Source: Phaeosaccion multiseriatum
Taxonomy: Eukaryota > Protista > Ochrophyta, other classes
Direction of reading: 5' to 3'
Assembly (NCBI GenBank): GCA_965112735.1
Contig: OZ218955.1
Coordinates: forward strand, 2,046,001 to 2,110,000
DNA length: 64,000 nt
Shown here: piece by piece, positions 58,918 through 64,000 of the stretch
Layout of the letters: each line of letters opens with the position of its first letter
How positions within the stretch are numbered: position 1 is the stretch's first letter
Translations under genes and position numbers: made by a program
Notes under the pieces: model-generated
Told to the model about the DNA's origin: nothing
What the model saw: the letters and a program-made list of their open reading frames with translations, nothing else
The model's database searches: none

Positions 58918-58965
<48 letters not shown>

Positions 58966-59656
58966 ACGTATTTATGTGTGTGTGTGTGAAAGAGAGAGAG
59001 GGCGAGCGATATGTGTGAACGATGTGTGATGTGTGGTGTGACAGTCAGCGTCAGGCCTTGATGGGAAGGGCTCCCTTGAGGTCATCCTCACCGCTCACTT
59101 TCTCTCTATTTCACTTCCCTCGCTCCCTCTCTGGCTCCCATTCACCACTCTCACACACACACACAACACCCTTCCACTGCCGGCCTTCCCTCTGTAACAC
59201 CAACTCCCTTACCTGAACCGAGGGGCCGCCTCCACAAGGTCCCCACAGAACTTGGTGAACTCGTCCAGCATCCCCAGCGCCTGAATAAGTCAATGAAAAA
59301 GCAGTAAGTCAATAAAGCACATAGCCCTACTACGTAGGTACTACCATAAGGAGCAAGTAGTGCGTCAGTAGTGCGTCCATGAATGAAGGACGTATGTATG
59401 TATGTGACTGCGTGACTTGACGAACCTGGCAGCTCTGCCACGCGGCGTCGGGGAGCCAGGGGAGAGCATTCTCCTCGTCTTGCTTGCGGGGCCCTCGCAT
59501 GAGGAACTGGAAGTGGATCTGTTTGGGGAGGGGGGGGGGTGGGGGGTGGGGGTGCAGGTGGGGTTGGGTTGGGGAAATAGAGGGATATATGGATGGATGG
59601 AGGGAGGGAGGGAGAGAGGGAGAGAGGGAGAGAGATGGACAGACAGACAGACAGAC

Positions 59657-59693
<37 letters not shown>

Positions 59694-60371
59694 CAGACAG
59701 AGAGAGAGGGAGATGGACAGACAGAGAGAGAGAGAGAGGCTCTGCTTGCGTACCTCGTTGATCATGTGTTCCTCCCCGAGGATGCCCCTCTTCATGAGGT
59801 TGAAGCTGAGCTGCGCAAGGAAGATAAGCTTGTGTCGCTCGAACAGGCCTCGAGACACCCACGTGTAGATGGTGATGCGCAGGGCCTCACGCAGATTCAG
59901 CACGCGCTGCTCCACCGAGGTGGCCTGTTGTTGTTAAGGACAGTTGATGTTTCAGGTTGCAGTCGCAGTGTCAGTGGTGGTGGCAGCAGTTGTCTTAGTA
60001 GAGTCTTAGCTTCGGTGTTGAACTTTCAGCTTCAGTTTCAGTGAAATAGAATAGGGTACACATAAAGCTCTTCCACCTCCTTGGGTTGGATATTTCCACT
60101 GAAACTGACAGCTGAGAAGTGAACAGGCTTAACTAACGCACCTCCTTGGCCTTGCCGATGGACTTGAGGAAGAAGGTGACGAAGGAGTCAAGCGAGTACT
60201 GATACATGTGGTCGATCATGCACAGCTTGGTCAGTAGGAAGTAGAGCATGGCTCCTTCAGTGGGCTGCTTGCGGTACAGTTCTCTTGCGAGATTGATCTC
60301 CTTCTCCGTCTCCTTGCCCTTCTCCACTGCGACGCCGATCTCCTGTGCTGCGGCCTTGGTCGCCTCCAGAC

Positions 60372-60429
<58 letters not shown>

Positions 60430-63400
60430 GGTGGGTGTGGGTGTGTGGGTGTGTGTGTGTGTAAGGGGGGGGAGGGAGGGAGGGAGGGAGGGAGGGAGGG
60501 AGGGAGGGAGGGAGGGAGGGAGAGGAGAGGAGAGGAGAGGAGAGGAGAGGAGAGGAGAGGAGAGGAGAGGAGAGGAGAGGAGAGGAGAGGAGAGAAATTG
60601 GTCAGGCATGGTTGCTGCCCCGAGCCGCCCCAACCCAAGAACACAAACATCACCTCACCTTAACAACACCACAACAACACCACAACAACACCACAACAAC
60701 ACCACAACAACGCTTTAACAACACCACAACAACACCACAACAACACCCCAACACACACCTCAATGAGCGGTACGTCGCTCAAGATGTCGTCAGGGGCGTT
60801 GGCGAGCCTCTCTAGCAAGTCATCCTCGAGCTGCACGAGCTGGATCTTGTAGTTCTGGAAGGCCGCTTGCAGCTCCTCCGCCTGTAATCATTCGGCAAGG
60901 AGCACAATGGAGTGATGAGCGGCGTCGAAGGGGCACAACGAGAGGGGTCGAGGGGGGTTGAAGGGGCACAACGAGAGGGGTTGAAGGGGCACAATGAGAG
61001 GGGTTGAAGGGGCACAATGAGAGGGGCTGAAGGGACACAATGAGAGGGGGGCAGCCACAGGGGAGCGGCGAAGAGGGCCTTGGCTCTCACTCTCTTTACT
61101 ATCACCCTCTCACTGTCATGTCTCTCCCTCTCACTCTCTCTCGTCGGCTCTCTCTGGTCTCTGTCCCTCCCTCCCTCTCCAGTCTGCCTACCTGTCCACA
61201 CACTCCTTTCCTCTCTCTTGTCTCTTCCCACCTCTTTGTCTTGCTCGCCCTCTTCCCGCCTCTCTCTCCCTGTCTCCCTCTTTCTCTCTATCCCTCTCTC
61301 CTTCTCCCACGTCTACCAATCTACCCCACACACCCTTCACTTCACCTGCTTCTCAAGCTCCGGTCGCTCCTTGCCGACCGTCTTGGCGAGCAGTTGGTCC
61401 TCCAGGCCGCGTTCTGTGGCGATGAAGTTGATGAGGGTGCACTGGGCCGCAATCTCCGGCTTGTAGTGAGGGTTGGACAGCTTCGTCTGCAGGTACAGCA
61501 GGAAGCCTAAAGGGGGGGGGGGGGGGGGGGGGAGGGGACGGAGAGAAGGGACGGAGAGAAGGGACGGAAGGGACGGAAGGGGGGCAGGGGGAGTGGAGTG
61601 GGAGGTGGGGCATCAGCATCTAAAAGGGTGAACGGCAGTCTTTCCTAATCCCTAATCACCCACTCACACACCCACCCACCCACCCACTCAACGCACGCAC
61701 CCGCGTCGTACTCCACCTCCTCCCCCCCGAGCTTGAGGAAGAGCGATCGGCCCTTCTTGTAGATGGCTCTAGACAGCACGGGGTCGAGCGTGGCATCGAT
61801 CTCCTCGCCCAAGTTCTCGATGATGAGCGTCTGTCCGTTGGTGATGGCGCTGGGAGAGAGAGAGGGGGTGGTTGGGTGGAGACAGGGCAGATAAGTTTGG
61901 TTGGAGGGAAGGAGGGAGGGAGGAAGGGGGGGAGGGAGGGAGGGAGGGAGGAAGAAGGAGAGAAGGAAGGAGGGAAGGAAGAAGAGAAGGAAGGAAGGAA
62001 GGAAGGAAGGATGGAAGGAAGGAAGGAAGGAAGCAAGCAAGGAAGCAAGCAAGGAAGCAAGCAAGGGAGAAAGGGAGGAAGGAAGGAAGGAAGGAAGGAA
62101 GGAAGGAAGGAAGGAAGGAAGGAAGGAAGGGAGGAAGGAAGGAAGGAAGGAAGGAAGGAAGGAAGGAAGCACGGAAGCACGGAAGGAAGGAAGGAAGGAA
62201 GGAAGGAAGGAAGGAAGGAAGGAAGGAAGGAAGGAAGGAAGGAAGGAAGGAAGTGAGTAAGTGAGACCAAGTCAGTTATTCAGTCGGCCCAAGTCAGTCA
62301 ACACCATAGCACTGGCACTAACACCAACACACCACAACACACTCGCACGCACGCACTCACGTCTCCACACTCCTGAGCCAATTCTTCTGCGTCAGCTGAA
62401 TCACATTTAGCCCATTCTCCTCCTCACGCTTACGCAACCACTTGATGCCCTGCTGCTGTGGGTCGATGATGAGCGGCCACCGCTTGCAGTTGGTAATGAC
62501 AGACCCGTTCTCGATAGAGATGCGATCGGCCGGCAAGCCCTCGCTGATCATCTTGGCGTTCTGCCCGTCCGTAGTGAGCAGGTCGAGCGGGTCCACGCCC
62601 TCGGTTAGGGGGATCTTTCTCTCGATGAGATCGGGCAGCCAGATACCCTTCCACAGGTCCGTCCTGTTTGTTGTCAAGGGGGTTGGGTGGGTCCAGTTGT
62701 CGGTATCAGTTTGCCCCCAAGCCACTTGTTCTCAGTTTCAGGTTCAAGTTGAATGCCCCCCTACCCATACACCCCCCTGTACACACAGCCCGTATGACTT
62801 TGAGGTCCACGCCGATTTGTCCAAAAACAAAAAAAACAAAGAAGTCGATATCAAAAGTCGAGCACCCAAATCAAAAGTCGAATACATCCCGTACTATTGT
62901 TAAATACCTGTTATCCTGGTCGAAGCCCCCGACGTAGGACACAAATCCCGACGCAAGCATGCAGTCACCCGTGAGGGTGTGCGACTGTTCCCGAAGCTTC
63001 TCAATGTCATTGCCCCATCTCTCATTCTCGGAGGACAGACCCCCCACCAGGCGCTCGGCCAGAGAGAGTCGATTGAGACAAGCTGCTGCCTCTGCCTCCA
63101 CTTGGGCTTTCTCCTCTGTAGCTTCCATGAACTTGTCTTGCAGCTGTTGGGCGGGGAGGCAGGGAGGGAGGGAGGGAGAGAGGGAGGGAGGGGGGGAGGG
63201 AGGGGGGGGAGAGGGGACGGAAGGAGGGAGGGAGGGAGGGAGGGAGGGAGGGAGGGAGCGAGGGAGGGGGGGAGGGAGGGGGGGGGAGGGGACGGAAGGA
63301 GGGAGGGAGGGACGGAGGGAGGGAGGGAGGGAGGGAGGGAGGGAGGGAGGGAGGGAGGGAGGGAGGGGTTGGAGAAGTGGGAGAGGTGAGGGGGGTAGGG

Positions 63401-64000
63401 GAGGGGGATGGCATACACACACACGCACGCAGGCACACGCACGCGCACACATGCGCACCTGCTGCAGCTTGGCCTCTACTGCCGCGACGCAATCGTTGGC
63501 GGTCTTGAGCGAAGCATCCGCGGCTGCCTTCGAGGCCCTTGCTTCTTCGAGACTGTTCATCAAGGGCTTGACCTGGGGGAAGGGGAGGGGGGGGGGGGGG
63601 GTGAGAGAGGTAGAGAGATGAGAGAGAGAGGAGAGAAGAGAGAGAGAGGAGAGAGAGAAGAGAGAGAGGAGAAGAGAGAGAGAGGAGAGAAGAGAGAGAG
63701 AGGAGAGAGAAGAGAGAGGAGAGAGAAGAGAGAGAGAGGAGAGAGAAGAGAGAGGAGAGAGAGAAAAGAGAAGAGAGATGAGAGAGAGACAGAGGGCGAC
63801 AGAACTAGCAAGAGAAGAGAAGAGGAGAGGACATGCAAGGGAGGGCATGGACTCGACTGACTGACGGACTGACGGACTGACGGACTGACTGACTGACTAA
63901 CTAGCTGACCTTGACGTAGATGCGGTTGTATGTGTAGATGGAGATGACCCACGAACACAGGTTGGCGGCGGCGGCGGATTTCGACTTCATGTTGTCCACG
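53856..64000 (-). CDS. Axonemal dynein heavy chain, outer-arm beta (DNAH9/11/17-like) type, 3' part from stalk through AAA5, AAA6 and C-terminal domain
   Basis: [14 protein letters not shown]; [13 protein letters not shown]; [28 protein letters not shown]; [13 protein letters not shown]; [10 protein letters not shown]; [11 protein letters not shown]; [10 protein letters not shown]; PIYFILSPG; VSMGQGQ; [11 protein letters not shown]; [14 protein letters not shown]; [14 protein letters not shown]; FGLHPNAEI; [15 protein letters not shown]; C-terminus [40 protein letters not shown]. Confidence 0.95.
60925..61050. repeat. 23-bp tandem repeat x5, dynein intron
   Basis: Unit ttgaaggggcacaa(c/t)gagagggg. 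Confidence 0.88.

Overview
Eukaryotic nuclear DNA: GC-rich, GT-AG spliced and intron-rich, with introns filled by microsatellites and exons full of (GGA)n/(GCA)n codon runs. An axonemal dynein shows the organism is flagellated; a stramenopile/ochrophyte-like alga is my guess and is not proven. About 13 protein-coding genes can be reconstructed by hand: the 3' part of UBR4/BIG (+), an EF-hand protein (-), a NELF-B/COBRA1 homologue with a complete BRD7/9-like bromodomain inserted inside its conserved domain (+), an orphan gene (-), NUFIP1/Rsa1 with two CCCH fingers (+), an ELYS/HOS1-like nucleoporin (+), IMP2/IMMP2L (-), OST3/OST6 (-), two NmrA-like paralogues (+) flanking a divergent HSF-type factor, sorbitol dehydrogenase (-), and the 3' part of an outer-arm-type dynein heavy chain (-). 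The most interesting items are (1) the NELF-B::bromodomain chimera, a possible direct link between acetyl-lysine reading and Pol II pausing; (2) a nested double-hairpin cassette (47-bp perfect and ~124-bp near-perfect stems sharing one core, 45151-45616) just 3' of the HSF-like gene, between the NmrA paralogues; and (3) the second NmrA paralogue, which has a degenerate nucleotide-binding motif, a myristoylation/palmitoylation-type N-terminus and a 36-nt stop-containing micro-intron. No tRNA, rRNA, CRISPR array or transposase was recognised. Exon boundaries were inferred by eye and family assignments come from remembered motifs, not database searches.
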